A stretch of 64,000 nucleotides of DNA from Sedimentisphaerales bacterium (GTDB lineage: Bacteria > Planctomycetota > Phycisphaerae > Sedimentisphaerales > SM23-30). Shown here one piece after another: positions 1-11,063 of this stretch. How positions within the stretch are numbered: the first letter of the stretch is position 1; each line of letters opens with the position of its first letter. The position numbers were made by a program, and so were the translations under genes. The notes beneath the pieces are model-generated. The model saw nothing but the letters and a program-made list of their open reading frames with translations, was not told where the DNA came from and did not search any database. The stretch is from assembly GCA_963666285.1 (NCBI GenBank), contig OY762711.1; one strand, written 5' to 3'.

Positions 1-200
1 TCATTGGTAATGCCCTGCAGTTCAAGTGAACCGTCCGGGGCAGCGCCGGTAATTTTGAAAACCTTTACATCGGCATACTTTTCAGATTCCAGTAATGCGG
101 CAACTTCGATACCGGTATAGCCGGTTGCGGAATGACCACCAAAATCTATGACATACAGACCAACATATTTATCGCTATTATTTAATTGAGGAAGTTTCAT
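1..200 (-). CDS. Hypothetical protein, 5' part (runs off the window start)
   Basis: Hand translation from ATG at 200: MKLPQLNNSDKYVGLYVIDFGGHSATGYTGIEVAALLESEKYADVKVFKITGAAPDGSLELQGITN, open to position 1. Lies just downstream of tyrS with an AAGG-like RBS. Confidence 0.75.
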   Translation of the reverse strand, partial: MKLPQLNNSDKYVGLYVIDFGGHSATGYTGIEVAALLESEKYADVKVFKITGAAPDGSLELQGITN

Positions 201-250
201 ATTTTTACCTTTATCGTTATATCCAATTTTATAATACCCACATACCTCTA

Positions 251-1531
251 TTATGAAAACCTAACCAGGTTGTATTTCTTTTTGCCGCTACGAAGAACAA
301 TAACAGTTTCAGAGGCAAGATGTTCGGTTTTGACAATCATGCCCATATCCGAAACTTTGTTGTTATTAATATAAGCACCACCGTTTTTGATGAGTTTCTT
401 CGCTTCGCCCTTGGAAGGCAGCAAGCCGGACTCAACAAGCAGGTCAAGTACATTGATACCTTCGGTGAGTCTATCTTTACTCATTGAAGCGCTGGGCACA
501 TCGGCAAAAATAGATGTCAGTTCGGCATCATTCAGACCTGAAATCTCGCAGCCAAACAGTATATTGGTCGCTTTCTGAACAAGTTCCAGCTGGTCTTTGC
601 CATGGACAAGTTCAGTAACATATTCGGCGAGCACTTTCTGGGCCTGACGTTTTTCCGGTTCGGTTTCGACCAGTTTCGCCAGCTCAGCAATTTCTTCCAT
701 CGGCATAAACGTAAACCGCTTGAGCAGGTTAACGACATCGCGGTCATCTACCCGCATCCAGTATTGATAGAAGTCATACGGACGTGTCATCTCTCCGTCA
801 AGCCAGATGGTACCGGCTTCTGTTTTACCGAATTTCTGACCGCTAGCAGTAGTAAGCAGCGGCGAGGTCATACCAAAAACACCGTCACCGGTAACTTTAC
901 GGGTAAGATCGATACCAGCGGTAATGTTGCCCCACTGATCGTCGCCCCCTACCTGAAGAATACAGTTTTTGTCACGGTAAAGATGCAGGAAATCGTAGCC
1001 CTGCAAGAGCTGGTAGCTGAACTCGGTATAGCTCATGCCTGCTTCACTGTTAAGGCGTTTGCGAACTGATTCCTTACCCATCATTTCACCAACCCTGAAG
1101 TTTTTACCTACATCGCGTAAAAATTCGATAAAAGAAAATTTACCAATCCAGTCAAAATTATTAACCAGCTCGGCACTATTTGGACCACAATCAAAGTCAA
1201 GGAAATGGGCAAGCTGTTTTCTAATGCCAACCAGATTATCTTCAATAACTTCTTCGGTTAATAACACTCGTTCCTGGCTTTTGCCGGACGGGTCACCAAT
1301 CATAGCAGTAGCGCCACCGACAAGAGCTAACGGTTTGTGGCCAAAACGCTGATATTGAGCGAGCAGCATGATCTGAAGCAGGTTGCCAATATGAAGACTT
1401 TTGGCAGTGGGATCGAATCCTGCGTATAAAGTAACACATGAATCTGTGAGTTTCTTTTCAATTTCCGGAGAAGAAAGCTGGCTGACAAATCCCCTGTCTG
1501 TCAATTCGGTAATTACGTTTTGAATGCTCAA
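251..1531 (-). CDS. tyrS: Tyrosyl-tRNA synthetase
   Basis: YAGFDPTA, HIGH-like HIGN, QVGGDDQWGN, KMSKS-like KFGKT and a C-terminal S4 domain. TTG at 1531 follows GAGGA; the ORF track starts at 1558. Confidence 0.97.
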   Translation of the reverse strand: MSIQNVITELTDRGFVSQLSSPEIEKKLTDSCVTLYAGFDPTAKSLHIGNLLQIMLLAQYQRFGHKPLALVGGATAMIGDPSGKSQERVLLTEEVIEDNLVGIRKQLAHFLDFDCGPNSAELVNNFDWIGKFSFIEFLRDVGKNFRVGEMMGKESVRKRLNSEAGMSYTEFSYQLLQGYDFLHLYRDKNCILQVGGDDQWGNITAGIDLTRKVTGDGVFGMTSPLLTTASGQKFGKTEAGTIWLDGEMTRPYDFYQYWMRVDDRDVVNLLKRFTFMPMEEIAELAKLVETEPEKRQAQKVLAEYVTELVHGKDQLELVQKATNILFGCEISGLNDAELTSIFADVPSASMSKDRLTEGINVLDLLVESGLLPSKGEAKKLIKNGGAYINNNKVSDMGMIVKTEHLASETVIVLRSGKKKYNLVRFS

Positions 1532-2086
1532 GTCTATGTCCTCTTTGAAGTTATACACAATCTAAGCAAACTAATACTGTTATCGTATTTTCACTTAAGA
1601 TTTTAATACAAAACTAACATATAAGTAATTGTATTCTAACACTTTATATTAATATTAAACGTAAGAATACAGATGCATCATTATACCAAGGAAAATAACA
1701 GATTTCAAGAACGGTTATATGATATACAAATATTTCAACAATCAATAACGATTAGATTACTTACTAAAACAAAGGTACTTATAGCATTTCCATATTCTAA
1801 TAACAGAGTTTAATATATTATTTTGACCATAATATAACAAAGTAATAATAAAAAATTAAAATAGTTATGTGAAAATTTAGAAATAGTAACAGGCATTTCA
1901 GCTATTTAGAGCCGGGTTTTGACACTTTTTTAATTTATACCTCACTGCGTTCTAGTTCCATAAATACGGCATTTTTATTCACTTAAGCTCAAAATATGTC
2001 AAGTTTGGCAAAAATAATAAAATTTTTTTATATTTTTCTCTCGCCATAACCATCATAATATATTATTATTTCTCTTGTTGAAGCAC

Positions 2087-2116
2087 TTGACGCAGATATC
2101 TTTTATAAGATATAAT
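2087..2116 (+). promoter_or_regulatory. Sigma70-type promoter
   Basis: TTGACG (2087-2092), 18-nt spacer, TATAAT (2111-2116). Confidence 0.65.
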
Positions 2117-2121
2117 TAAGT

Positions 2122-2306
2122 GAAAGAAACAACAGAGCAAAAGTTCTGATTTCATTGACAACTAAAGAAGACACTCAATTTTGGCTGGTGTGGTTTTGTC
2201 TTTTTTTTTCCCTTCTGAATCCCGACCATAACATCATAAGGGCAGGATCACGCCGGCTTATTTTAAGCTATAAGAAAGCCAGTTCTGAAAAGAGCTGGCT
2301 TTTTTT
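2122..2306 (+). ncRNA. Candidate small RNA, about 185 nt, family unknown
   Basis: Lies between the promoter and an intrinsic terminator. 21-bp helix 2183-2203/2238-2258 in which all 8 non-Watson-Crick pairs are G-U on the + strand. No ORF in the track. Confidence 0.6.
2275..2306 (+). terminator. Rho-independent terminator
   Basis: AGCCAGTTCT-GAAA-AGAGCTGGCT followed by a T-run. Confidence 0.85.
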
Positions 2307-2670
2307 ATTTTAAATACTCCATCTAAAAAGATGGAAGCCCCCCTAAACCATCTCATAAACTCAAGGCAAACAGCCAGGTGTCTCAAGTAAAAAAAACTTT
2401 ACTATTTTGAGAAAAATACGGCGAAAGTTGCTGTCACAATAATGTACTTCACAGAATAAGAATCTAAATTACACAAACAGGTGTAAATATACAACATTTC
2501 TGCTACGTTTTTTGAAAAACTGACATATTACAGCCCTAAAATGTCAGTTTTTTCTTTGATGAGATAATAATACATCTTATAATGGAAAGTCTTGGAGTCA
2601 GCTGTATTTTTAATCTAAATACTTAAATAAGCAGAACTTAAACCAGCGACTATATATAGGAGACACTATT

Positions 2671-4416
2671 TTGGCAATATTGATGTCAGGTAATCAGGCA
2701 ATAGCCCGTGGGGCATACGAAGCAGGTATCAGCGTAGCCAGCGGTTATCCAGGTACCCCTTCAACGGAAATACTGGAAAACGTGGTACAATATAAAGATA
2801 CCCTGTATTGCGAATGGGCCCCGAACGAAAAGGTAGCATTCGAGGTAGCAGCTGCGGCGGCTATCAGTGGTGCACGATCAATGGTAACAATGAAACATGT
2901 CGGCCTGAATGTCGCAGCGGACCCGCTAATGACATTGGCATATACCGGCGTCGAAGGCGGCTTTGTAGCTATCGTGGCAGATGACCCCGGTATGCATTCC
3001 TCCCAGAACGAGCAGGACAGCCGTAATTACGCCATATTTGCCAAAATACCATTACTCGAACCATCAGACAGTCAGGAAGCAAAAGACTTTATCAAGCTGG
3101 CTATGGAGCTTTCAGAGGAATTCAAAACCCCAGTAATCCTGCGTACAAACACCCGTATCAGCCATTCAAGGACGCTGGTTGAGACAACCGAGCGGAGCGG
3201 AGAACGCAATGCAGATTTCCAGAAGGACCCGACAAGATGGGTACCAGTCCCATTATGGGCCCGAGAAATGCGTGTAAAGGTAGAAGAGCGTCTGGGAAAA
3301 CTCCGAGAAGCCGCGAATAAATCTAAAGCTAACCGTATCGAATGGCGTGACAAATCACTTGGTATCGTAGTAAGCTCAATTTCATACCAGTATGTGCGTG
3401 AAGTATGGCCGGAAGCATCAGTATTGAAACTTGGATTTTCATATCCATATCCGGACGACCTGATAAAAGAATTTTCAGCCGGAGTAGATAAATTACTGGT
3501 AGTCGAAGAGCTAGACAGTCTCATGGAAGAACACATCCGTTCAATCGGGATAGATTGCATCGGTCGAGATTTTATACCAGGCATAGGTGAACTATCTTCA
3601 GACAAACTACGTCAATGCCGAGCCAATATGGAAGGTCAGAAAGCTCCGGAATACCCAATCGGCGAATATGTATCAGAACTGCCTGCCAGGCCACCGGTCT
3701 TATGTCCGGGCTGCCCACATCGCGGTGTATTTTACGCATTAGGAAAACATGATGTAGTAGTCACCGGCGATATTGGCTGTTACAGCCTGGGCGCATTTAA
3801 ACCGCTGTCACGTCTTGACACTATTCTATGTATGGGCGGCGGAGTATCAATGGCACACGGTATGGACAAAGCCGGTGAAAAACGCAAAGTAGTAGGCATG
3901 GTCGGCGATTCGACCTTTTTCCACTCAGGTATAACCGGACTGCTGAATATCGCTTACAATAAGGGAAATTCAACCATATTTGTTGTGGATAACCGTACAA
4001 CAGCTATGACCGGACACCAGGAACACCCGGGAACAGGGCTAACCCTGCAGGGAGAGCCAACCGTGGAAGCATCGATAGAAGAAATCGGTAAAGCCTGCGG
4101 CATCAAGCGAGTTGTAACAATTGACCCATATGACATACCGACCACCATGGAAAAAATTTCAGCCGAGCTGGAAGCAGAAGAAGCATCACTAATAGTTTCA
4201 AGGGCGGCATGTCCGCTGCGTCATCGACCTGTAGTTGAGAAGGTATTCCAGGTTGACCAGGATGCATGCGTCAATTGCCGAATGTGTACAAAAATCGGAT
4301 GCCCAGCGATTGACGGCGGCAACGACAAACCCCAGATTAATGATGTGCTTTGTATCGCCTGCGGTATCTGCGAACAAATATGCCCGAAAAAATGCATCAA
4401 ACTCAGCGATAAATAA
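2671..4416 (+). CDS. iorA: Indolepyruvate:ferredoxin oxidoreductase alpha subunit
   Basis: GNQAIARGAYEAG, YPGTPSTEI, NEKVA, LCPGCPH, GDIGCY, TPP motif GDSTF..DN, C-terminal 2x[4Fe-4S]. TTG start after AGGAG. Confidence 0.95.
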   Translation: MAILMSGNQAIARGAYEAGISVASGYPGTPSTEILENVVQYKDTLYCEWAPNEKVAFEVAAAAAISGARSMVTMKHVGLNVAADPLMTLAYTGVEGGFVAIVADDPGMHSSQNEQDSRNYAIFAKIPLLEPSDSQEAKDFIKLAMELSEEFKTPVILRTNTRISHSRTLVETTERSGERNADFQKDPTRWVPVPLWAREMRVKVEERLGKLREAANKSKANRIEWRDKSLGIVVSSISYQYVREVWPEASVLKLGFSYPYPDDLIKEFSAGVDKLLVVEELDSLMEEHIRSIGIDCIGRDFIPGIGELSSDKLRQCRANMEGQKAPEYPIGEYVSELPARPPVLCPGCPHRGVFYALGKHDVVVTGDIGCYSLGAFKPLSRLDTILCMGGGVSMAHGMDKAGEKRKVVGMVGDSTFFHSGITGLLNIAYNKGNSTIFVVDNRTTAMTGHQEHPGTGLTLQGEPTVEASIEEIGKACGIKRVVTIDPYDIPTTMEKISAELEAEEASLIVSRAACPLRHRPVVEKVFQVDQDACVNCRMCTKIGCPAIDGGNDKPQINDVLCIACGICEQICPKKCIKLSDK

Positions 4417-4507
4417 GAAAATCAATCGTCAAAGTGCGGCATCGCACTTTTGACAGTTCAGCATTATACGCAAAGGCCGTAACAGGCCCAATTAAATGAA
4501 AAACGAA

Positions 4508-4549
4508 TAGTGGAAAGTGAAAAATTAAGGTGTTCGACTATCGTCTCAC
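4508..4549 (+). repeat. Heptamer-run plus GGTGT hairpin repeat, diverged copy
   Basis: tagtgga|aagtgaa|aaattaa|ggtgttcgactatcgtctcac resembles the copy at 41880-41931. Confidence 0.55.
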
Positions 4550-4664
4550 GCTTTGTTTAAAACACAAGTATTGCAGGAAGATCCTTTTAGGCTAATTACC
4601 AAAGGCACTTTGCTTTTGCAACCTAAAAACTATGAAAGTTAACTCAAAATAAGGTTTATATATA

Positions 4665-5249
4665 ATGTCAGAAACAAATACAGAAAGTGTTGTACTGGTC
4701 GGAGTAGGCGGCCAGGGAATATTACTAGCCAGCGAAGTAGTAGCATCAGCGGCAATGCATGCCGGTTTTGACGTAAAAACAAACGAAGTTCACGGCATGG
4801 CACAACGCGGCGGGTCAGTAATAGCACAAATCCGATACGGTAAGGAAGTACATTCACCACTGGTATCACTTGGCAGTGCAAAGGTACTGGTGTCACTAGA
4901 AAAAATCGAAGCTCTACGATACAGCAACTACCTGGCAGAAGACGGGCTTGCAGTTGTCAGCAACCAGGTTATTACTCCGGTAACAGTATCCATGGGCGCA
5001 GCGAAATATCCTGACCAGGTCGAAGAAAAACTGGCCAAGACATTTGATCGTCTTATCCTTATGGACGCGGCAAAAATAGCCCAGGATGCCGGAAATATCA
5101 AGGCTGCAAATATCGCACTGTTAGGCGCGATGTCAACCAACCTTGACCTGCCGCAGGAAGCATGGCATGAAGCTATTAAGGGGTGCGTAAAACCTCAGTT
5201 TGTAGAATTGAACCTTCAAGCATTTGAAGCAGGAAAAGCTTTGAGCTGA
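4665..5249 (+). CDS. iorB: Indolepyruvate:ferredoxin oxidoreductase beta subunit
   Basis: GVGGQG, EVHGMAQRGGSV, N..AFEAG; follows iorA. Confidence 0.95.
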   Translation: MSETNTESVVLVGVGGQGILLASEVVASAAMHAGFDVKTNEVHGMAQRGGSVIAQIRYGKEVHSPLVSLGSAKVLVSLEKIEALRYSNYLAEDGLAVVSNQVITPVTVSMGAAKYPDQVEEKLAKTFDRLILMDAAKIAQDAGNIKAANIALLGAMSTNLDLPQEAWHEAIKGCVKPQFVELNLQAFEAGKALS

Positions 5250-5292
5250 TAGTATTTATCTATAAAAATAATATAATATGTGAAATAATTCC

Positions 5293-5323
5293 AGACATGG
5301 TTTGAAGCCATGTCTTTTTTTTT
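5293..5323 (+). terminator. Rho-independent terminator of iorAB
   Basis: AGACATGG-tttgaag-CCATGTCT followed by a T-run. Confidence 0.8.
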
Positions 5324-5444
5324 GCAGACATAACGTCCTATAATAAAAGCGATCCGTATAACATAAACGCTGGCAATATAAACTATAATTGCTTATTATA
5401 AAGACATTTAAATAGTTTCACATCAAATCAAACCTTAGTATTAC

Positions 5445-5509
5445 TTGACAAAGGCAGTTTTACTTATTAGTATATTTCGTATTAGAAACATTTCTATTGT
5501 AATGTTTCT
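5445..5509 (+). promoter_or_regulatory. Sigma70 promoter with a putative MarR operator
   Basis: TTGACA-17 nt-TAGTAT (5445-5473), then the inverted repeat AGAAACATT-N8-AATGTTTCT (5484-5509). Confidence 0.6.
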
Positions 5510-5543
5510 TATTGTAATAATATTAAGAGGAAATAAATAATAT

Positions 5544-6098
5544 ATGGAAGCAGAGAATTTATCATTTGGAGGCAAAATCGATTCTCCCGATGATTTTTTT
5601 GAGAACTATGGTATTAGAATTTTGAGTTCAATACGCCGGATAATTCGTGCGGTAGACATTCATTCACGCAAACTGAATAATGACTTCAATATTACCGCCC
5701 CCCAAATGATCTGCCTGTACTCACTGGTAAAGGAAGGTCAAATAACTCAATCCGAACTGGCCCAAAAGGTTAGTATGGGAATGAGTACGATAAACGGCGT
5801 AATCGACAGACTGGAAAAAAAAGAGCTCGTAATAAGAGAACGAGACACCAAGGACCGCAGGAAGGTTTTTGTCAGAGTAACTGATACCGGCAGAGAGTTA
5901 ACAAAATCTGCCCCATCATTACTACAGGATAAACTTTCATTTGCTTTAAAGCAACTGCCGGAATTGGAGCAAGCAGCGATAGCTTTGTCTCTTGAGAGAG
6001 TAGTTCAGTTAATGGAAGCCGAACACCTGGAAGCATCACCAAACCTGGTACCAAACAATTCCATAAACGACAGTAAGGAAAATAATGGAAGCAGCTAA
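5544..6098 (+). CDS. MarR family regulator (EctR/CosR-like)
   Basis: [20 protein letters not shown], winged helix with RLEKKELV and DRRKVFV; heads an osmolyte operon. Confidence 0.9.
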   Translation: MEAENLSFGGKIDSPDDFFENYGIRILSSIRRIIRAVDIHSRKLNNDFNITAPQMICLYSLVKEGQITQSELAQKVSMGMSTINGVIDRLEKKELVIRERDTKDRRKVFVRVTDTGRELTKSAPSLLQDKLSFALKQLPELEQAAIALSLERVVQLMEAEHLEASPNLVPNNSINDSKENNGSS

Positions 6099-7413
6099 AC
6101 CCAAAAGAACATTTAACAAGAAACAAAAGCACATATTTGAAACAATAGATTCAGGTCATCCAAGCGATCACTGGTTTGACTGGAAATGGCAAATGGCACA
6201 CTGCATCCACAGCCTTGAAGTATTTGAGGATCTGTTGGGAGTAGAGCTGTCAGAGGAAATGCAAACTGCGTTTAAAAAGACAGTTGAAAAATTTCCAATG
6301 TCAATAACCCCCTATTATTTATCATTAATAAATATAGACGACCTGGAAAACGATCCGATATTTAAGCAATCATTTCCTTCTCCACTGGAACTTTCGATAA
6401 CAAAAAGCGATATGGCCGACCCTCTGCACGAAGACGAAGACAGCCCGGTATCCGGTGTAACCCATCGCTATCCAGACAGAGTACTACTACTAGTCAGTAA
6501 TATGTGTTCTATGTATTGTCGACATTGCACACGCAAACGGCAGGTAGGAGAAATAGATTCAATACCGGACAGGCAGCAAATAAGTAAGGGAATAGAATAT
6601 ATCAGGAACACACCGCAAATACGCGATGTCTTATTGAGCGGAGGCGATCCATTTCTTCTCTCAGACAACATGATCGATTGGATATTATCAGAACTGCGAA
6701 GTATTGAACATGTAGAGGTGGTCCGAATCGGTACCCGCACTCCAGTAGTTATGCCATATAGAATAACAGATAATCTGGTATCAATTCTCAAAAAATATCA
6801 TCCTCTCTGGATTAATACACACTTTAACCATCCACGAGAACTGACCAAATCATCGAGAAATGCCCTGGCAAGACTAGCCGATGCCGGAATCCCACTTGGC
6901 AACCAGTCTGTATTACTTGCAGGAGTGAATGACTGTCCAAGAATTATGAGATCACTAGTACACAAATTAGTCCAGAATCGAGTCAGACCGTACTATCTAT
7001 ACCAATGCGATCTATCAGAAGGTCTATCACATTTCCGCACTCCAGTTGGAAAGGGAATCGAGATACTGGAGAGCCTTATCGGTCATACCAGCGGATTCTG
7101 TGTGCCAACATATGTCATTGATGCCCCGGGCGGCGGCGGTAAGATCCCGGTTATGCCAAACTATCTTATCTCATGGTCAACCAATAAAGTAGTTTTGCGA
7201 AATTATGAAGGTATCATAACTACATATAAGGAACCAGACTCATATGAACCAATATTTTGCGACCGCAATTGCAGCAATTGTGATCTGCAGCTGGCCCTTG
7301 GAGATGCAGACGAACGTAAAGCTCTTGGTGTTGAAAAGCTATTGAGTGATTATGACAAAACAATTTCTCTGGTTCCAGAGTCAAACGAACGTCACGATAG
7401 AAGAGAAGATTAA
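6085..7413 (+). CDS. ablA: Lysine 2,3-aminomutase (radical SAM, PLP)
   Basis: [39 protein letters not shown]-terminal Cys cluster; linked to ablB. Confidence 0.95.
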   Translation: MEAAKPKRTFNKKQKHIFETIDSGHPSDHWFDWKWQMAHCIHSLEVFEDLLGVELSEEMQTAFKKTVEKFPMSITPYYLSLINIDDLENDPIFKQSFPSPLELSITKSDMADPLHEDEDSPVSGVTHRYPDRVLLLVSNMCSMYCRHCTRKRQVGEIDSIPDRQQISKGIEYIRNTPQIRDVLLSGGDPFLLSDNMIDWILSELRSIEHVEVVRIGTRTPVVMPYRITDNLVSILKKYHPLWINTHFNHPRELTKSSRNALARLADAGIPLGNQSVLLAGVNDCPRIMRSLVHKLVQNRVRPYYLYQCDLSEGLSHFRTPVGKGIEILESLIGHTSGFCVPTYVIDAPGGGGKIPVMPNYLISWSTNKVVLRNYEGIITTYKEPDSYEPIFCDRNCSNCDLQLALGDADERKALGVEKLLSDYDKTISLVPESNERHDRRED

Positions 7414-7431
7414 ACCAGACACATTATTTAT

Positions 7432-8334
7432 ATGGATTTCATTGTCGGAAATATACACATAACGTACTACCTGGCTATTGTTGCAGTAATAGCATTGATA
7501 GGCGCTTTTCTTCTCGGCCGCCATTTGGATATAATCGAGAAGAAACGTAAAAAGCGTCTGAGCAACACAGACGACGAAGAGCTGTTAGCCTATCTCATCA
7601 ATGATAATGTTGATGCCGGTAAACTAAAGCAAAAAAGTCTGAACAACCTGGAAAAGCGTTTTTCCATTACCCGCCGTACATTATATCTCTCTCTGATTTT
7701 GGTGACGATCCTGGTGGCAATGGTGCCAGTAGTAGGAAAATATTCACCAACCCTGGTATCAGTATTGATTGCCGGTGTATCTGTTGTAATAGGTATTGCC
7801 GCGAAGCCGTTTATCGAAAATCTGATCTGCGGCCTGGTACTCAGTTACGGCAAACTGGCCCGAATAGGAGATGTTATCCTGGTCGACAGTGAATACGGCA
7901 CAATCGAAGATGTTACCCTGACACATTGCATAGTGCGCAGATGGGACTGGCTGCGTTATGTTATCCCAAATTCCATCATGATGACCAAGGAATTTGTAAA
8001 TTACTCCCTGATAGATAACAACAGGTGGGTTTATGTAGAATTCTGGGTTGACGCAGACTCAGATATGGTCCAGGTCGAAAATATAGCAACCCAGACACCT
8101 AAATCCAGTGAATATTATTCAGACAGTGAAGAGCCAAGATTCTGGATTGTTGAACTAACACCGGCTTCAGCAAAGTGTATGGTCGTAGCCTGGGCAACAA
8201 CAGCACCGGACGGCTGGATGCTGAGTATAGACATAAGAAAAAAACTCATGGAAGAGTTCAGAAAGCACAATATCAGAACACACAAGAATATTGTCAAAGT
8301 GGAAAACGGAAATCATTGCAAAGGTGAATTTTGA
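7432..8334 (+). CDS. MscS family mechanosensitive channel protein
   Basis: Three hydrophobic segments, [33 protein letters not shown]. Confidence 0.85.
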   Translation: MDFIVGNIHITYYLAIVAVIALIGAFLLGRHLDIIEKKRKKRLSNTDDEELLAYLINDNVDAGKLKQKSLNNLEKRFSITRRTLYLSLILVTILVAMVPVVGKYSPTLVSVLIAGVSVVIGIAAKPFIENLICGLVLSYGKLARIGDVILVDSEYGTIEDVTLTHCIVRRWDWLRYVIPNSIMMTKEFVNYSLIDNNRWVYVEFWVDADSDMVQVENIATQTPKSSEYYSDSEEPRFWIVELTPASAKCMVVAWATTAPDGWMLSIDIRKKLMEEFRKHNIRTHKNIVKVENGNHCKGEF

Positions 8335-9761
8335 CTTATATAGACTACATTATTTTCGGCCTTTACCTGTGCGGGGTCCTGACAGTCGGTGTATATCATT
8401 TTCTGAAGAATAAAAGCACAGAAGATTATTATGTCGGCAGCCGTAACATCAAGGCCTCACATGTCGGTTTATCGATCGTAGCAACTGATGTTGGCGGCGG
8501 TTTCTCAATCGGTTTGGGCGGAGTAGGCTTTATGATGGGCCTGGCGGGCAGCTGGCTTCTTTTCACCGGTCTAATCGGAGCCTGGCTGACGGCAGTATTT
8601 ATTATTCCGCGTATAAAAGCTATAGATGCCGACCGGAAGTTTTTTACATATCCAGATTTTTTACGATTCCGCTATAACGAAAACGTTGCACTGGTAGCTG
8701 CATTAATCTCCGGTATAGGATACCTGGGTTTTACCGGCGGGCAAATGTTGGCAGGAGCAAAGCTGGCCTCAGCGACAATACTGCAAACGAACCCATTCGA
8801 TATGGACCCGATCCATTTTTCATTGCTGGTTATTGCAGTTGTCACCATTCTATACACGGTTATCGGCGGGCTGAAAGCTGTGATTTACACAGACACTATC
8901 CAATGGATATTACTATTGTCAGGTTTAATTTTTGTTACAATACCAGTAACATTATACAAAATCGGCGGACTAACAGCCTTGCAAGAAAACCTGCCGGCCG
9001 AGTACTTTTCGCTAACAAATATTAAGCCGGTAATATTTCTCAACTGGATGGTGACAATCATACCAATCTGGCTGATAGGCATGACATTATACCAGAGGAT
9101 GTACGCATGCAAAGATGAGCGACAGGCCAAGAAAGCCTGGTATATTGCCGGTCTTTTTGAGTACCCGGTTATGGCGTTTACAGGTGTATTTCTAGGTATG
9201 TGCGCGAGAGTGGTATTTCCAGAAGCAGAGCCAGAAATGGCACTGCCAATGCTGATTCGTGACATCCTGCCGATAGGTGTAACGGGAATAGTAATCGCCT
9301 CTTACTTTTCGGCAATTATGTCAACAGCCGATAGCTGCCTAATGGCTTCATCGGGTAATTTCGTCAATGACATAATCGAAAGATATTTTATTAAAAACGT
9401 ATCGGCTAAAAAATCCATACATCTTTCCATGGCGGCAACATTAATAATCGGCGTACTGGCAGTATTCCTGGCGGCACAATTTGAAACCGTACTGGATGCA
9501 ATATTACTCGCATATTCCTTTATGATATCCGGACTGTTCATTCCAACCCTGGGCGCATATTTCTGGAAAAGGGCCAGCTCTGCCGGAGCCCTGGCAGGCA
9601 TGTTCAATGGCGGAACAACGACGATTCTATTAGCTACAAAAGTCATAACACTGAATGAAGAACTGGCAAAATACGAACTGGACGACTGTATATATGGAAT
9701 AACCATATCAGCAGTCTCCTTTGTTGTATTTTCTTTACTCTGTCCCGATAAAGAGAAATAA
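8331..9761 (+). CDS. Sodium:solute symporter family protein
   Basis: [31 protein letters not shown], about 13 TM segments. Confidence 0.92.
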   Translation: MTYIDYIIFGLYLCGVLTVGVYHFLKNKSTEDYYVGSRNIKASHVGLSIVATDVGGGFSIGLGGVGFMMGLAGSWLLFTGLIGAWLTAVFIIPRIKAIDADRKFFTYPDFLRFRYNENVALVAALISGIGYLGFTGGQMLAGAKLASATILQTNPFDMDPIHFSLLVIAVVTILYTVIGGLKAVIYTDTIQWILLLSGLIFVTIPVTLYKIGGLTALQENLPAEYFSLTNIKPVIFLNWMVTIIPIWLIGMTLYQRMYACKDERQAKKAWYIAGLFEYPVMAFTGVFLGMCARVVFPEAEPEMALPMLIRDILPIGVTGIVIASYFSAIMSTADSCLMASSGNFVNDIIERYFIKNVSAKKSIHLSMAATLIIGVLAVFLAAQFETVLDAILLAYSFMISGLFIPTLGAYFWKRASSAGALAGMFNGGTTTILLATKVITLNEELAKYELDDCIYGITISAVSFVVFSLLCPDKEK

Positions 9762-9858
9762 ATTTTACTTACACATAATTATTTTGAAGTCAAAATAAAC
9801 GAACATCCAAAACATCAAACGTGTAAAAGCAGATTTGTATAGATTGGAGAAAATACCT

Positions 9859-10704
9859 GTGACACGAAAACAAGATAAAATTGAGATAATGAATAACTCA
9901 ATAATTCAACATGGCTCTTTAAGCGACAGGATATACCTGATGAAGCTAAAAGAGGAAGATCCGGTTGACTTAATAAATAAACTTCGAAAGCTGGCAGAAG
10001 AAAATCATTATTCCAAAATATTTGCCAAAATCCCGCAAAGCTTCGCTGACAATTTTTATAATGTAGGCTATGAAAAAGAGGCGGTTATCCCGAACTTTTA
10101 TAACGGTACTGAAGATGCAGTATTTTTAGGTCTCTATTTCAGCAGTAAGCGTAAATTAGAACAACAGCCGGACGTAATCGAGAAAAACCTGGCATTGGCA
10201 AAAGGGAAAGCCGGTAAAGGCGAATGGCCGGATCTCTTGGAAGGTGTAACAATCCGGCAGTGCGTTCCTGAAGATGCAGAGAGAATGGCGTATGTTTATA
10301 AAGAAGTCTTTCCTTCATATCCATTCCCTATCAGCGACCCTATATACCTGATAAAAACAATGGCGGAAAATATTGTATATTATGCAATTGAAATTGCCGG
10401 AGAGCTTATCTCGCTGGCATCATCTGAAATGGATATAGAATCAGAAAATGTCGAGTTTACCGATTTCGCTACATTGCCCCAACATCGCGGCAACGGTTTT
10501 GCTTTACATCTACTGGATACGATGGAAGATGCCATGAAAGCTCGCGGCATAAAAACAGGCTATACTATTGCAAGAGCAATGTCTGCGGGTATGAATATTA
10601 CTTTTGCCAAAGCCGGATATCAGTATAGCGGCAGACTAATAAATAATACCAATATCTCCGGCCAGATAGAAAGTATGAACGTATGGCATAAAGTCAACCT
10701 CTGA
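9859..10704 (+). CDS. ablB: Beta-lysine N-acetyltransferase (GNAT)
   Basis: DRIYLMKL, YSKIFAK, FPSYPFPI, EFTDFATLPQHRGNG, YTIARAMSAGMN, NNTNISGQIESMNVW. GTG at 9859 follows GGAG; the track starts at 9835. Confidence 0.93.
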   Translation: MTRKQDKIEIMNNSIIQHGSLSDRIYLMKLKEEDPVDLINKLRKLAEENHYSKIFAKIPQSFADNFYNVGYEKEAVIPNFYNGTEDAVFLGLYFSSKRKLEQQPDVIEKNLALAKGKAGKGEWPDLLEGVTIRQCVPEDAERMAYVYKEVFPSYPFPISDPIYLIKTMAENIVYYAIEIAGELISLASSEMDIESENVEFTDFATLPQHRGNGFALHLLDTMEDAMKARGIKTGYTIARAMSAGMNITFAKAGYQYSGRLINNTNISGQIESMNVWHKVNL

Positions 10705-10849
10705 AAATTCATTATGAGCGACTAGTTTATCTTTTGCCTGCTGACATGCGTCACATAAAACAGTGAATATAGTCCAATATGCACGATTTTATGTTCCTTG
10801 TCAGCAACCAAAATCTTAAACTATCGCATCAGAAGCAATTTCCAGAGGT
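10697..10849. mobile_element. About 153-bp foldback, MITE-like element
   Basis: Terminal inverted repeat ACCTCTGAAAATT / AATTTCCAGAGGT plus nested internal inverted repeats along its whole length; contains the ablB stop codon. Confidence 0.55.
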
Positions 10850-10910
10850 CACCTAAAGAATTATAGACAAAAATGCTAATCTTTACCTAAAGGTCAAATA
10901 ATATTATTTT

Positions 10911-10938
10911 GACGTGGTTCCAACCCACGTCTTTTTTT
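10911..10938 (+). terminator. Rho-independent terminator of the abl operon
   Basis: GACGTGG-ttccaac-CCACGTC followed by a T-run. Confidence 0.8.
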
Positions 10939-11063
10939 ATCTAGTTTTAGTCCTATAATATGCAAGAAACTACCATATCAGTACTTATAATCAGAAAAAT
11001 CGTTAAAAAAGTTAAATTTAATTTTGAATGGAATGAGGTTACGTTTATATTATAAATATATAG

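Noticed and set aside
1559..1900. T-box leader upstream of tyrS
   Set aside because: No T-box consensus or terminator/antiterminator was visible.
1551..2080. AT-rich region as a replication origin
   Set aside because: Only one DnaA-box-like 9-mer (TTATACACA, 1551-1559) was seen and there are no oriC-linked genes.
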